A stretch of 64,000 nucleotides of DNA, taken from NCBI GenBank assembly GCA_951406725.2, contig OX597823.1:72354001-72418000 (forward strand), given 5' to 3'. Below, one piece after another: positions 26,066 to 40,149 of the stretch (position 1 is its first letter; the number at the start of each line of letters is the position of its first letter). A program made the position numbers and the translations under genes. The notes beneath the pieces were generated by a model, which ran no database searches, was not told where the DNA came from, and saw nothing but the letters and a program-made list of their open reading frames with translations. The DNA comes from Octopus vulgaris. Its lineage: Eukaryota.

Positions 26066-28230
26066 TAGTTTATATATAGTCTGAAAGTTACGCGATTGTA
26101 GTCGTGATTTTACTGAGGACGAATTTCGGGGTTGTCAAATGAGATTGGGTTAAGAGAGATAAATGCATTGAGTCTGTGGTTTCTTTTAATGGAAATAAAT
26201 TTTGACTGTTAGTAGTTCTAACTCATATATAGGTAGGCTAGAAAGGAAGGTTTCTCCTTTGTTATAAATGATAATCAGTAAACCAGCATTCAAAAAATTT
26301 TCGTTTTGTACAGATTGCTCTATCCACATCCGCCAATTATTTATTTATTCATCCATTTTGTTTCGAAGATACTCCAGTTTACATCTGGATTAATCCCACT
26401 GCAGTCCAACAGGCTTCATTCAGTTATTTTCTGTTTCGAAAGGACGACTTTGTTGTGTAAATAATCCTTTGAATGCATTGCCTGTTAATCTAATCTAAGT
26501 TTTTAGTGTACCATCGACATCGGGAAAGATGGGTTTGCACATCTGCAATTCCTCGAGGCACTTCTGTTTAGTGGACAGTGGTTGGGGTTTTAAAGTTACA
26601 AAATGTACTAATGTGTTTGCATCTAAGTATATGCAAACTGTGTAGAAGAGGCAACTATAACTAACTTTTACAGTGCTGCAATTGAATATTTTATGACATT
26701 TGGTGGTGGGAGGTAGATATTGATGAGAGTGAGAAGTCGTCTAGCTACATTATTAGTTCAGTCATATTACATGTGCGGGTACATGTGAGTGTCTGTGCGT
26801 GTGTGTGTATGTGTGTGTGAATGTGAAAGTGTGTTTGTCTGTGTGTATGTGTGCGTGTGTGTAATATGTACTGACATAAACGCAATTGTAGATTCAAGCG
26901 TGCTTAAACGGGTATTTTGCATGTAGACACAAAATAGCAAATACAGGTGAAATTTTAAAAACATCCATGAATATATTGTCTTATAACTTTCGTTAAACAA
27001 CCAATAAGGACATGTAACCATTATTATTGAATATACATTTTATTTCCGATACATTATGCGGCATCAGTTTTTGCAAATTGTATCAATTGGGAAGCAATTA
27101 CTTATACATAAATATATTTCGGAAATAAAATGTTCAAGACATTGCAGGAATATATATATATATATATATATACATATGTATATATATTTGCTTTTCTGAA
27201 CAGAGAAAACAGTCATTTAATTGAATCTTGTAGCTCCTTGTAATAATCTTTGATATTTAGTAGACATTTTGTAGTCTTAGAGTAGATATTAAATGATTTA
27301 TAGTTTTCTAATTACATTACACCTCTCCCAAATTGTAATCGTGCTGAATATAGTCTTTGTCTAGATTCTGTGTTATATTCTAAAGTCGCATCTAACGTCG
27401 CTTGTGTTCTCTTTTAAAGGCAATATTTTTGTCATAAAATTAATGTTCTTCTACTTTCCCTGCTACAGTGCGAAAAGATTAATAATAAGAAATGTTAAGG
27501 TCAACCTAGGAATAAAACGTTGTTTAGTCTCCGTTTAGCGCCAACTGGAGATAATTGCCTGAAGTAGAAAGTTATGATTCAACAAGAATCATATTTTAAG
27601 GATCGCTCGTCTGCTGTATAATCAATGAAATTACTACTTGGCTTGTCGTACGAAATATTTTATGTAATGAATTTACATGCTCGCGTCGTCGATGGCATTT
27701 AATCTTCTTGATGTATCATCAGAATCTCCATGGAAAAATATGATTTACAGTAATAAACAAAAATTACGTAATATTATATGACTTTGACTCTGGGTCTGCC
27801 GGACAAGGGGCTACCTAAGGTCAAAAACATTTCCCTGCTAAAGGAAGAAAATTAGATTAAGATTGAATTAAAAATTATCTCTATGTGATTTTTATATTAT
27901 TCCTGAATTTAAGTAACAAAAAATTTAACGAAAATTCATACAAAGGAGAATACTGAATAATATTAAAAATGAAATAATAGGAAAACAGAAGATAAAAATC
28001 AATAATGCATTATTACGTAAGTCTATTCAAGCCATCTATTTGAAATTGTATTACCACTGGAGTCTATTGAGAACGTAATGCAAAGCTTCACAAGTACTTA
28101 AGCAGGAACATTCATACGGAAGTTGTTAATTATGTGCATATAATAAGATTAACTTTCATATAGTTCTGCAAAATAAAGAAATGAATATATAAATCGATAC
28201 AGACAGACAGAGATAGAGAAATAGTTAGAT

Positions 28231-28290
<60 letters not shown>

Positions 28291-28814
28291 ATATAAATAT
28301 ATATATGTGTGTGTATGTATTGAGAGACAACAAAAGAAAATACATAGCATAGACATTCTTCTTATTGCTTTGTGCCGTTGGAAAATTCTTGATTCCTCAC
28401 ATAATCTCCTGCTCCTTTTCGGAGCTGTTACACATTTCCACTCAGTCGACGGTCTATCTACTTTAAAAGCGGATACAATTTCACTAAATCTAGAATTTAT
28501 CTTCAGTGTTATTTAATATAACCTTACTAGTCTTTTGTTGTTCAAATACAAGCCATTGGCCACTTGTAGTTATTCTCTTAACTTATTTCCGTGTTATATA
28601 TCTATATGTCTGTGCATCCATATGCACACACATGTCTGAATGCAATATGATTATATGCATGTACATACAGACACACACACACACATATATATATATATAT
28701 CTACACATACACACACAAGCATATATACAAGTATATATACATACATGTATACATATATGTATAAATATATATATATATATTTATACACACACACATACAT
28801 ATGCATACCATTAC

Positions 28815-28853
<39 letters not shown>

Positions 28854-29540
28854 AACATATTGTGCCTATAAATATGAAGATATTGCAGAAATGGGCACTC
28901 AGTTTCTAAAAGCAGATAAGTACCTCGAGCAGAAAGAAAATTATTGAAAATTTCGACTAAAAGGGAATAAATGTTTCTTATATTATGGAATCGAGTGATG
29001 TATAATGATTGAGACGAATGGAATGTGCTAATATATGTATTCACTCTTAACCTAATCATAGACATCACACCTGCTTCAGCTAGACGGATCGGAGACATAT
29101 GAATGAACAAGACTTCTATATTCACCATATTCAGAGAAAATTGGCTACTTTATGTTAAATTCTCTATGAACAGAGTCACTTTGTTGCTATAGAACTGCAG
29201 AAAATTTAATGTGCATCGGGGATCTAACTTACTCGCCTAATATATCAAAGTAATTAATAATAATCAAATACATTGGAGTGAGAAATTTTGAAATTACGTT
29301 ACTAGAAGTCTGACAGCGGAGTATTTTAGTAGTAGTTGAAACAGTAGATAACACAAAATTTAACTGTAACAGTGTGTTTTTATAGTAAAACCTAAAAATA
29401 TATCAAGTAAATATGTAACGTGTTGGGTATGTATGAGAATTTGTTGAAACATTAACTATTATGTATCGAAGAGAGTATTTCTATATCTGTTACTAAATAC
29501 CTCCTTCAAAACATACGTACACATATATACACACGGACTC

Positions 29541-29571
<31 letters not shown>

Positions 29572-29734
29572 ATATATATATAATTTAAGTAGACAAATGA
29601 ATTATCTTATTACGGATAATTCGAAAGATAACCGATACCTGGGTAGCAAACTCACAACGGAAAAAGCACGGTTGAAGTTACGACCATAGGGCATAAACTC
29701 CGTGCCTTAGTGCGGAAATTTGAAGTTTAATTTA

Positions 29735-29900
29735 ATATATTAAGTATAGGAAAGAATGGAGCTGAACGAAGATTTAACAAAATTCCTTTATTTTATTTTC
29801 GACATATGTTTCGAAGGATTTTGCAGACTTCGAAACATATGTCGAAAATAAAATAAAGGAATTTTGTTAAATCTTCGTTCAGCTCCATTCTTTCCTATAC

Positions 29901-29909
<9 letters not shown>
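29735..29909. repeat. Perfect inverted repeat: 82-bp arms, 11-nt loop
   Basis: 29735-29816 is the exact reverse complement of 29828-29909; loop GATTTTGCAGA. Confidence 0.95.
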
Positions 29910-29947
<38 letters not shown>

Positions 29948-30030
29948 ATATACATATATATATATACATATACACACACACACACATATATATATATTTA
30001 TACATATATATTTATACATATATAGATATG

Positions 30031-30077
<47 letters not shown>

Positions 30078-30139
30078 CATATATATATATGTGTGTGTGT
30101 GTGTATATATATGTATATATATATATATATTTATAAGTA

Positions 30140-31260
30140 TATTAGGTTATTTCACATGAAATGTCACAATTTTAATTACTTTTTATTTCAGTCATTTAAA
30201 AACTCAATTATGTATACTTTGCATTTAATCTTAACTTCTTTTATTTCCCAACAATATTGGTATACAAAATTTGTAGCGACAGACATTTTGAAAATAATAA
30301 CAACCAAACTATGCTGAGTGATTTTCTCGTATGAGTATAGACTGGGTCAATCTGCCGCAGAACCTCTATGGACTATCAAGCGGGCCTTTGGTATTGGTTT
30401 TGTTGACATAGGAACTGTGCAGACATGGCTCAAAAGCTCCCGTTCAAGATAAAATGCTTTAGTTGAACAAAATCCGAGAACAAAGGTTCGAAAATTTTCA
30501 TCAGAACTCCAAACATCTCACGCAACTCTTTTTGGACACCTGTTAAAAATTGGAAAAGTCAAGAAAACAGATAGGTTTGTTACACATCAACTGAAGGAGA
30601 TTAAAAAAAAAAACAGACGCCTCGAAGTGTGCTCCTTATTGCTTTCTCGACTGGAAAAAGACAATTTTTGCATGAAATCATTACTTTTGATAAGAAATCC
30701 ATACTTTTTGATAATAGTTAGAGAACAGGACAGCAATTTGATGCAAGAGGGTAATCTAAACACTACCCAAACACACCATTGCACCCTAAAAAGTTAGTGG
30801 TAACTATATGGTAGTCTGCGAAGGGAGTTATTTATTATTCATTTTTGCAACGAGGAAAAACGGTAACAGCAAAGTCGTATTGCCAGAAAATTGATTGTAT
30901 ACTTGAGAATTTGAAAAAGAAGCAATCCAGACTAGTGAATAGAGATAGCCTAATTTTGCTCCATTGGTCTCACACTCCCCAAATTACGGTCCAAAAGCTG
31001 CAGAGCCGGAATTATAAGATTTTGCAACATCCTCCCTATTCCCCTGATATGACTCTTACTGATCACTTATTTAAGCATTTTCAGCTTTTCATAAGCAATA
31101 CGGCATTCTTAAATAGAGAAGAGGTAATTGAAGCATTCGGACAGTTTATCATAGCGAAAGAGGAATCTTTTTTTTAAGATGGTATATATGACACAGAGAA
31201 ACGTTGGATAAACTTCATAAAGGAATATGGATCATACGTTGATTAAATAAATCAGTTCTC
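30140..31260 (+). mobile_element. mariner transposon, degenerate
   Basis: Begins TA|TTAGGTT (Hsmar1-like TIR start). Motifs LHPKKLVVTIW*SAKGVIYYSFLQRGKTVTA and QHPPYSPDMTLTDHLF. Right TIR not found. Confidence 0.82.
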
Positions 31261-31284
31261 ACACTTCTGAAACACATTTTATTG

Positions 31285-31352
<68 letters not shown>

Positions 31353-33559
31353 AGATGTATTTGCTTAGCAAGTGATTTGATCTGAGATCGTGTGCTGAAA
31401 CGAAAACAATTGTAGCGTGGAAGGTGTTTGTAAGCCGTTCGATTCACTTAAATGTTGAAGTGAATCGAACGGCTTTTGTGTGTTTCTTAAATGGCTTACA
31501 AACACCTTCCAAGCTGCAACAGTTTATATATATATGTATATATATATATATGACTCTCCAATTCTTTCATTCTTTCTTTCTGTCTATCAGACCCTTCACA
31601 CTTACTTCGTTCTTTCCACTCTTCTTTCTTTCGTTTCCCTCTCTCCTGGCTTTCTCTTCATTCTCACGTTCCCCCCACTTTCACTTCAATCCCTCTGCCT
31701 CTACTTCTCTCCTCTCCCTCCACGTGAACGGTGTTCAGCCCAAGCCTAACCTTTCTTTCTTTCGACTACCATCCGTGCATCATGTATAATCCCCCTCATG
31801 CCTGTCATCTCTTATGTCCCTGCCGTGTGAATTGAAAGTACGTACGCACGAACGTACACGCCCCCCACACATATACACACATACACACACACAGAAAAAC
31901 ATACGCGTGCGCACACACAACCAATAACACACGAACACACAAGCACACACATATAATCACACGAACACACACATATATTCTTTTATTCTCTTTCTCTTTT
32001 ACTTGATTCAGTCATTTCACTGCGGCCATGCTTGAGCACTGCCTTGATAAATGTTATATAAACATATAACATTTATATATATGTTATGTGACCGATACTA
32101 TTTTGAATGCAAAAGCGTTTAATATCTAAGCCTAGTAATTACTCCGTCGGTCATTTATGCCGAACTGCTATGTTACAGCGACGTAAAAACACCAACGTCG
32201 GTTTTCAAGCGATGGTGGATATATTTATATGTATATAGATTTGACAGGCTTCTTTCAGGTTCCGTCTACCAAATCCACTTTGGTCGGCCCGAGGCTATAA
32301 TAAAACACACTCGCCCAAGGTGTGGTGTCACGCAGGGGCAATGGACTCAAAACCATGTGGTTGAGATGTGTATACATGAATAGTGAACATGTATATCCAT
32401 ACATGTATATATATGTGCGCGTGAACTGAAGGTGATGTTGTTTGAAATAGTTGCATGTTGTCTGTCTGTGTATCTCTGTTAACTTCAAAAATTCCTACTA
32501 ACTTATATAGCGTCACATACTATATCTATACGCAAGGATGAGGAAATTTTATGGCATCAATAACTTTACCTGGCAAATGTGCGTCGTAAATAGAGTAAAA
32601 TACTTTACTGAGAAGAAATGAATTCAGATGAAATATTTTACTTTCTGGGTGGCTGTTATTTTCTAAAAGGGTCGATACTCTTCAATGATGATTTATATCG
32701 AAGATACAAACTATAGAATTGACAGTGTAGAAGGTTTAATCAGTTTTATCCTTTATACCGTTCTCTAAAACGCAGCAATAAATATCAACTTGATATATTC
32801 TAATACTGCAACAATCGAAGTGAGGAAAAAGTTCTTGCGGTTTCCAGCACTTAAAATACAGCCATACTAGAGCACTATTAAATTAGGATATAACAGGCTA
32901 TAATTTAAAAACGGATGACACACATTCACATATATAAGCATATATTTATGTAGATATGCGTTTGTGAGTATACACATATACATATCCACACACATGCACA
33001 TATATATACACATGCATGAGTATACACAAACAGAAACATGCGCCCGCGCGCGCACACGTATATACATGTATGGATATACATGTGCATACGTGTATACTTT
33101 CATTTATATATATTTACATGTTATGTATGTATGATCTTTTCTGTTTTCGAGTCTTTAAATTCTTCCTTTGAAGAAGGAACTGGTTTCTAACGAAGAAACA
33201 AACCCTTTGGAATGTCTTTGGAATGTCGATAACGAAAACAACGTCACATTTTAAACGTGAGAAACGTCTTGCATAGTTTTGCTGTTCTGCTTAAAGACTG
33301 TATCTGTAAATGCAAGTCGGCTAATTTCTTTTTCTGAAAAGCCAAGCTTATCTAGACTGACAGTTAGGCATTTACTAACAAGATCAAAAGCACTAATGTA
33401 TGTATTCATATAGTGTTTTGCGATGTGTTGTCAGTGCGATTAGTGTTGCAGAAAAAAATAAAGACAAGATGCCATGCTGTACTTCTTTCTAGTTTTGCGT
33501 TCTTGGTAAAAATCTTAAAAGTTTTGCATTTTAGCCACCAATAATTAATGTAATAAGCA

Positions 33560-33750
33560 CCTTTCCACTATTGGCGCAAGGCCTGCAATTTGGGCGGGAT
33601 TAGTGGCTTACATAGACCCTATTTGTCAAGTGGTTTCCATTTGATCGACTCTGAAGGAATGAATAACAAACACGGCCTTGGTGGAATTTTAACTCCCAAC
33701 GTAAAACCCGAAGAAATAGGGCCTTAGTACTTGATTCTGCCGGCTTGCCA
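33560..33750 (-). mobile_element. Degenerate SINE family B
   Basis: CCTTTCCACTATTGGCGCAAGGCCTG...GATCGACTCTGAAGGAATGAA...GGAATTTTAACTC. Confidence 0.6.
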
Positions 33751-33980
33751 CACTAGACTGATATAATAGTATATATGATAAATAGAGGAGACAATTTCCT
33801 AATCTCTGACTTTCTTTCTCACTCTCTCTCTCTCTCTGTTACACACACATACATACATAATGCACGCACACACATATATATATATATGCATATATGTACG
33901 CATTTGAATTATATGTACAATGTATATACAGTATACGTGTGTCTGTGTGTGTGAGTGCTTGTGTACATGCCTTATATGTC

Positions 33981-34020
<40 letters not shown>

Positions 34021-34124
34021 CACATATATACACATGTATACACATACATACGTATATTTTCAGTAAGACAAATGCATATGTACATATTCATATATATTTA
34101 TAAACATGCACAAATATGATTCGT

Positions 34125-35690
34125 TGACCGTGCCTCTCCTCTCTCTTCCCGCACCCGCCCCAAATTTACCCGCCTCTCTTTTATACCACATACCATCCCT
34201 TCATCCTACCCCTCGAACGCACCCTTCTCGGAGCCTTCTGTCGACTCCAGTACAACCCCTCCACCTCTCACATCTTCCCTAACCCACCACTTCTCTGTTT
34301 TAAACGCACTCATAACCTGCGTGACCTTCTGGTCTGCAGTTTTTTCCTTACTCCTGGCACCCTTCCTGCCCGTGCCCACAATGGTGGTACGAGACCAAAG
34401 AAAATATCGTTTTAATAAGGAAGACATATGGCCCTGTGTAGTGCAACTGCAACAAGAGTTGCAACAACAACAGCAGCTACAACAGAAACAACAGCAAAAC
34501 CAAAAATTGCTGGAGTTAATTTTGAAGAAGTCTGAAAATACTTCAGCTTCTTACTCACCAACAGTGTAGCAAATTCCATTGAAGAATTCAGCTATAAACC
34601 AGAAGAGATTACCTTCTATGCATAATTTCGAAGATATGTAGGAATCTTCAAAGAAGAATGTAAAAATTGGAGTACGACTACTTTTATCCTCTACCAAATA
34701 CAAAAAATAGTGTAATTGTATTCTGCCGAAGAAGCTAGGTGAGACTTGTTTCGATGAAACAATTAATTTTCTATGGACAATTTTCAGTGAATAAAGTTCC
34801 TTGTTCAATACTCGCTGGTAATATCTACTTTTCGTAAAAAAAGATGACAATTTCGTTACCTATACTGAAGGTGTTATGAGTGTGAAAAATTCAAACTAAA
34901 TGAATTAACCCCAGACATGTTCAAATGTATAATTTTTGTTCAAGGGCAAACTGCAAGCAACGATGCAGATAAACGTTCCCGGGTATTTACAAAATTAGAA
35001 CAGAACCAAAAATTAACTCTACTGACAGTAGCAGAAGAATGCCAACGGATTATAAATCTAAGACATGACACAGATAAAACTGAAGAAAAAGATTGCTTTC
35101 ATATTCATACGTGTCGACCGGTAACGGATAAGAAAAAAGAGTAAAAATGTCAAGACAGAATCCATGTTAATGGATTCACATTCTGAAGGTAACAGTCTGT
35201 TTAAAAATATATAAGGATTCAAGTGTGGTAATGTAGGTCATAAAAATGTCACTGTAAAGCAAAATCTGTAAAACGATTCAACAGCAAAAATCACGTAAAG
35301 CGCGTATCGGTGACAAGAAATATGAACGAGCCTCAAAGGAAATTTGTGTATGTAAAATTGATAAAAAAAAAGATACGCGCAGTGATATCTCAATAATTAA
35401 CACGGATACATGGGGAAAAAATCGGGACATCTAGATTAAAAGGAACTTCAAAAATTGCACGTGGTGTTTCAGGAAAAAAATACATTTTAAGAGCGAATTA
35501 ACAAGAGACGTTACTTTTCGTGGAAAACCTTAAAAGCTGAAGATTTTGTGTTGAATGATATGACAAATTCATTCTGAACAGACTGAATGGAATTATTTAA
35601 TTTAAGGGACCTTCCCATAAATCTCTTCTGTAAAAATGTGAATGGTTATTCCACCAGTACTAAGTCATCAGACAAATTATATAAAAAAAA
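34125..35690 (+). mobile_element. Gypsy/Ty3 LTR retrotransposon relic: 5' LTR, PBS, gag, protease (degenerate, 3' part lost)
   Basis: C-rich LTR-like block ending ...CCACA (34380), then A-TGGTGGTACGAG (PBS-like). Gag motifs QQQQQ..LLELIL, NSIEEFSYKPEE, ELTPDMFKCIIFVQG..RSRVFTKLEQNQKLTLLTVAEECQRIINLRHD. Protease-like DTRSDISII. Confidence 0.78.
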
Positions 35691-37597
35691 GAAAAGAAAA
35701 ATTAAAAACAGATTAGTTGTAGTCGAGAAACACTATGAGTTTCATTTGTGATAATTCCATCACTTGCATATAAGAAGTTAAATGTTTCGATATAGAGTTA
35801 TTATAAATGGTCTGGGGTAATTTTTAGACATTCAGCTGCTATGTTTTGTAGGTTCAACGACCTTGTGTCAGCTTCCTATCAAACCATATTGCCTGGAAAC
35901 ATTCATCTCCTCCCAGCTCCCTATATCTAACTCTTTCCATTTCGTATTTTCAGATATGATAATTGTTTGCCTCTAGGCATAATGTTTTGATGTGTCATAA
36001 TTATAGTTATATTTCACTTGTCTTTTGGCTTACAATGCACAATGCTACTTTCCAATTTAATGTTAAGACTTCAAAGATAAGATTAAATAAGAAATCTATA
36101 TCAATTTTCTAACTACAATAGGATAAATCAGTGAGATGTCAAGATCTTTTGACAAAAATTTAGCTTACAATATTGTGTGATCTCCCTATCGATTACGTAT
36201 AGGTTACTATCTTGCCGAACGTCTTAGGTTGATTAACTAAGTTCAAGCAGAACAGGCCTCGCTGAAGCTACGTAGTTTCCAACACCTCCGATACCTATGT
36301 AAAATATTAATACTAGTATTTACAAGTATCTAACTAACGCTGTACTAAAAAGAAAACAGTATATTTAGGACTATGCAAAAAATTTCAGACACGCAAGTAT
36401 CCGGAGATTTATTCAGCATAAATTCATGGCAGCATTTCTCGTTTCTGTAAAGAAAAAGAGTCTCTGCTTCATTGATATATAAACGAGATGTATTTAGAAA
36501 ACGCAAAGTATAAACAAGTTTTAGATGTTTGAAGATGCAGCATGTATTGACGTCATATAATTTAAACTAATAAGATTTTTGTTCGTCAAGTTGTATTTTT
36601 TTATAAAGTATTGCTCCAAGCATTAGCTATTTAACTTCCCTGCTACGTCCTTCATTAATTTCATTTCTGTTCCAGAAACAGCGTGCAAATTCTAATATAG
36701 AGGTATGTGGTATAAAAATATCCTTCTTCGTATCCAATAAGAAAGCTAAACATCTTCAGTTTACTAATAGCAGTAGGTTATCTCTAAATATCTCAGGAGA
36801 TGAACTGCCAATTAACATCGTAAATGACCTACAGCAGATTTACTTGCAGTGATATGCGTTAAGCTAAGGGAAAACTGATAACAGAAATTTAAAAAATGCT
36901 ATAAAAATGACCCCTACTTACAAGCTTTGGGCGATATGGATTAAAATGAATTCTCCCACACCGTCATTATAATAAAAAGAAAAATACTGCATATCCCCTA
37001 TATTCGTGTCCTTTGTGCAGTGGAAATAAGTTGTTTTTTAGGTTTTAGAATCTATTCAGGTAACAGTCTACCAGGCGTTAGTTCGTATCCGGCCTAAAAT
37101 GGTATTTTTTTTCTTCTCTAAAATGAGTTCAGATGGAATATTGAAGTATAAGTCTTTTAAATGATTACAGACAGGAGTAAAATAACTTGGCAAGAATTAA
37201 TATAGATATAGTTACGGTGGTTAACAAATTCAGTAGAGCGTTCATCAGAATGTGTGCTGTAGCGGCAAATGTTCCCAAAATACACCTCCATTTATAGTTA
37301 AATCACTACACGAAGTATTTTACTATTAATTTTATAGTGATCAGTATTCCGTTCATGACGATTTACTAACATATTCAATGTATATGTTCAATACCAAGCC
37401 AAAAGTTAAATCACGAGTTCGGATTTTGTTTGTTCAACATTTATGTAATATATTCTACATCACTACCTTATTTTCACAAGGACACTGCTGATTCAGACTG
37501 ATTTACCATTCGGAGCTGGCTAATGTGGCGGGTATTTTCACCTCTCTTTTTCCCTATCCAACATTCAGTCTATACTGCTGATTAATGTTTTATCCTA

Positions 37598-38030
37598 AGG
37601 CGGCGAGCTGGCAGAAACGTTAGCACGCCGGGCGAAATGCTTAGCGGCATTTCGTCTGCCGTTACGTTCTGAGTCCAAATTCCGCCGAGGTCGACTTTGC
37701 CTTTCATCCTTTCGGGGTCGATAAATAAAGTACCAGTTACGCACTGGGGTTGATGTAATCGACTTAATCCGTTTGTCTGTCCTTGTTTGCCCTCTCTGTG
37801 TTTAGCTCCTTGTGGGAAATAAAGAAATAAGAAACGTAAGCACGCCGAGCGAAATGCTTAGCGGCGTTTCGTCTCTCTTTGCGCTATGACTTCAAATTCC
37901 GCCGAGGTAGACTTTGCCTTTCATCCTTTCGGAGTCGATAAATTAAGTACCAGTTGCATACTGAGGTCGATTTAAGCGACTGCCCTCTCTTCCAAAGTTT
38001 CGGGCTTTGTGCCTAGAGGAGAAAAGAATA
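37598..38030 (+). mobile_element. SINE family B (Nin/DeuSINE-like core), dimeric, well preserved
   Basis: GGCGGCGAGCTGGCAGAAACGTTAG head. Core CCGCCGAGGTCGACTTTGCCTTTCATCCTTTCGGGGTCGATAAA occurs twice. Confidence 0.88.
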
Positions 38031-38569
38031 TTTTATTCACCTTCTTAATCAATGAAATATAGCTCAGTACTCTGCGGTTATATTAAAGAAAACGTTTGTA
38101 TCTTCAACACAAATATTCATGGTAGCGAACGTTCAATATTTCTAAGCTTCGAAACAGCAAACAACATAATTGAAATAGTGTCAGGTGTAGTAATTTATAC
38201 TCTAATAGCAGGCAGAACATACTTCCATTAGCTAGGTGAATTTAACGATTGCGTATTGGGTGAATATCTTGCTCGAAGACATTTAAAATACATTTGGAAT
38301 ATTTCAAATCAATAACCGTGACCTGGTAATATAATATTTTCCATAATAATATTATCTGAGGTGTGTCATAGTTGTAAGTCAATATTTTCGTTCTATTTTA
38401 TCCAGTTAATCATATTTGAATATTGCGAATATAATTACACGTTTAACACGCTGAAATGCTGATACGATATTGATAAATTATAGTATGGATAACAATAATA
38501 GTGATTAATACTGCTACAGCTATTACTGATGATGATGATGATGATAATGTAAACGTTAGACTATTAATT

Positions 38570-38990
38570 TTGAAGGGAGTAGTGATGTCCAATACAGTGG
38601 CATCATTTCTTGATTGGTACTTTATTTTATCGATCTCAAAAATTTAAAAGAGAAAGTTCACCTATGTGAGATTTGAATTCAGAATGTAAAAGAACGTGGA
38701 CAAATACGGCAGTTTGTCCGATATTTTACTGGTTCTGTCAAAATACACTAAAATTCAAACAACAGTAATGTACAATTGTACTTATCCAAATAATAAAGTG
38801 GGACGGAAGAAACAGCTGTAAGAAGTTTAAACGAACGGTTGAAAATATTGGATCGAAATGAATCACTTAACTCTACAGGATACTTGTTTGTTTGGAACAG
38901 CAGGAACTGTAAGAAAAAGTGTTAGAAAGCTAAGTTTGTAAGACGCAAATCGGTATGTAACAAACCAAAAACCAACAGAACAATAACTAA
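38570..38990. mobile_element. Degenerate SINE B (minus, ~38570-38740) followed by a short Dong 3' end (plus, ~38790-38990)
   Basis: TGGTACTTTATTTTATCGATC...GATTTGAATTCAGAATGT; translation LQDTCLFGTAGTVRKVLES*. Confidence 0.55.
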
Positions 38991-39096
38991 ATACTGAATG
39001 AAAGCAATATGAAAATATTACTGATAAAAACAAACAGCAACAGCGATGATAAATATAACACTGTCATAAAATAACAACGATGATAAAATACTACAA

Positions 39097-39129
<33 letters not shown>

Positions 39130-39669
39130 TGGCTGCTACTGCCACTGCTGCTGCTGATGATGATGACGATGACCACTTAAACAATAATATTAGCATTAAA
39201 AAAGTTCCGGCCGGTGCTTAATAGCATCATGAACAGTTGTAAAGGTGGCCTTCTTCACGTCTGAAATAAATGCGTTAGAATCTGTAAGAACATTACCAAT
39301 TTTAATACGATGTTTATAGAGACTATTTGGTTAAGTTTTTTAATGCATTTAATTGCAATTATCACATCACGTTAAATATATTTTTTGAGTAAAATACGTG
39401 TGAGTTTGATCTGCCTGTTGAAGAAACAAACATATCATAATAAATGAAAACAAAATAGAAGGAGTCTAGTATACACAGCTAAGACCTACATGCCGCACGT
39501 ATGATTCACGCACACACAAAATTCACTCTTTAAATTGCATGCACACCCAGTATCTCTCAAACACACACAGAAAAAGAAAATACGTAAAACACCTACCAGG
39601 AATGATAGAGAATGGAATGAATTTTTAAACGAAACAATGTTGCTTTGAAGTTTTGGAATAAAGCCAGAA

Positions 39670-39850
39670 ATAACGGGTGGGGGAGGGACAGGTGAACCTA
39701 AGTACTCAACTGGTTGGTACTTATTTTATTAACCCCGAAGGATGAGAGATAAAGTTCACCTCGGAGGAATTTGAACTCAAGAACTGAAGACGGACAAAAT
39801 GCCGCTAAGCATTTTACCCTGCGTGCTAAAGATTCTTCTAGCTCACCGAC
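39670..39850 (-). mobile_element. SINE family B
   Basis: TGGTACTTATTTTATTAACCCCGAAGGATGAGA...GGAATTTGAACTC...AAATGCCGCTAAGCATTTT. Confidence 0.75.
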
Positions 39851-40149
39851 TTTAAACGAAACAATATTAAAATAACATATTCTGCTTAAAAAGAAAATAG
39901 AACAACAAAAAGATAAATTTAAAGGTTGAGAGTTTTGCGATCACAATAGGAAAAAAACAGCCATTCATCGACCATGTCCTCTGAAATGTAAATTGCAAAC
40001 AGAAGGAACTGTCATTTAATATCCACCCTTAGTACAGAAATAGCATTATAAGAAACGCGAATTTAATAAAAACTATACAGTAGACTGCTTCTTTTTCTTC
40101 TAGGTGGAAATTTAGATTTGGCTTTTTCAGACCTGTAATCTCCCCAACA

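Noticed and set aside
27770-27850. Possible minus-strand host exon (TTTCTTCCTTTAG acceptor, GTAAT donor)
   Set aside because: Stops in all three frames and no supporting neighbouring exons; needs RNA-seq.
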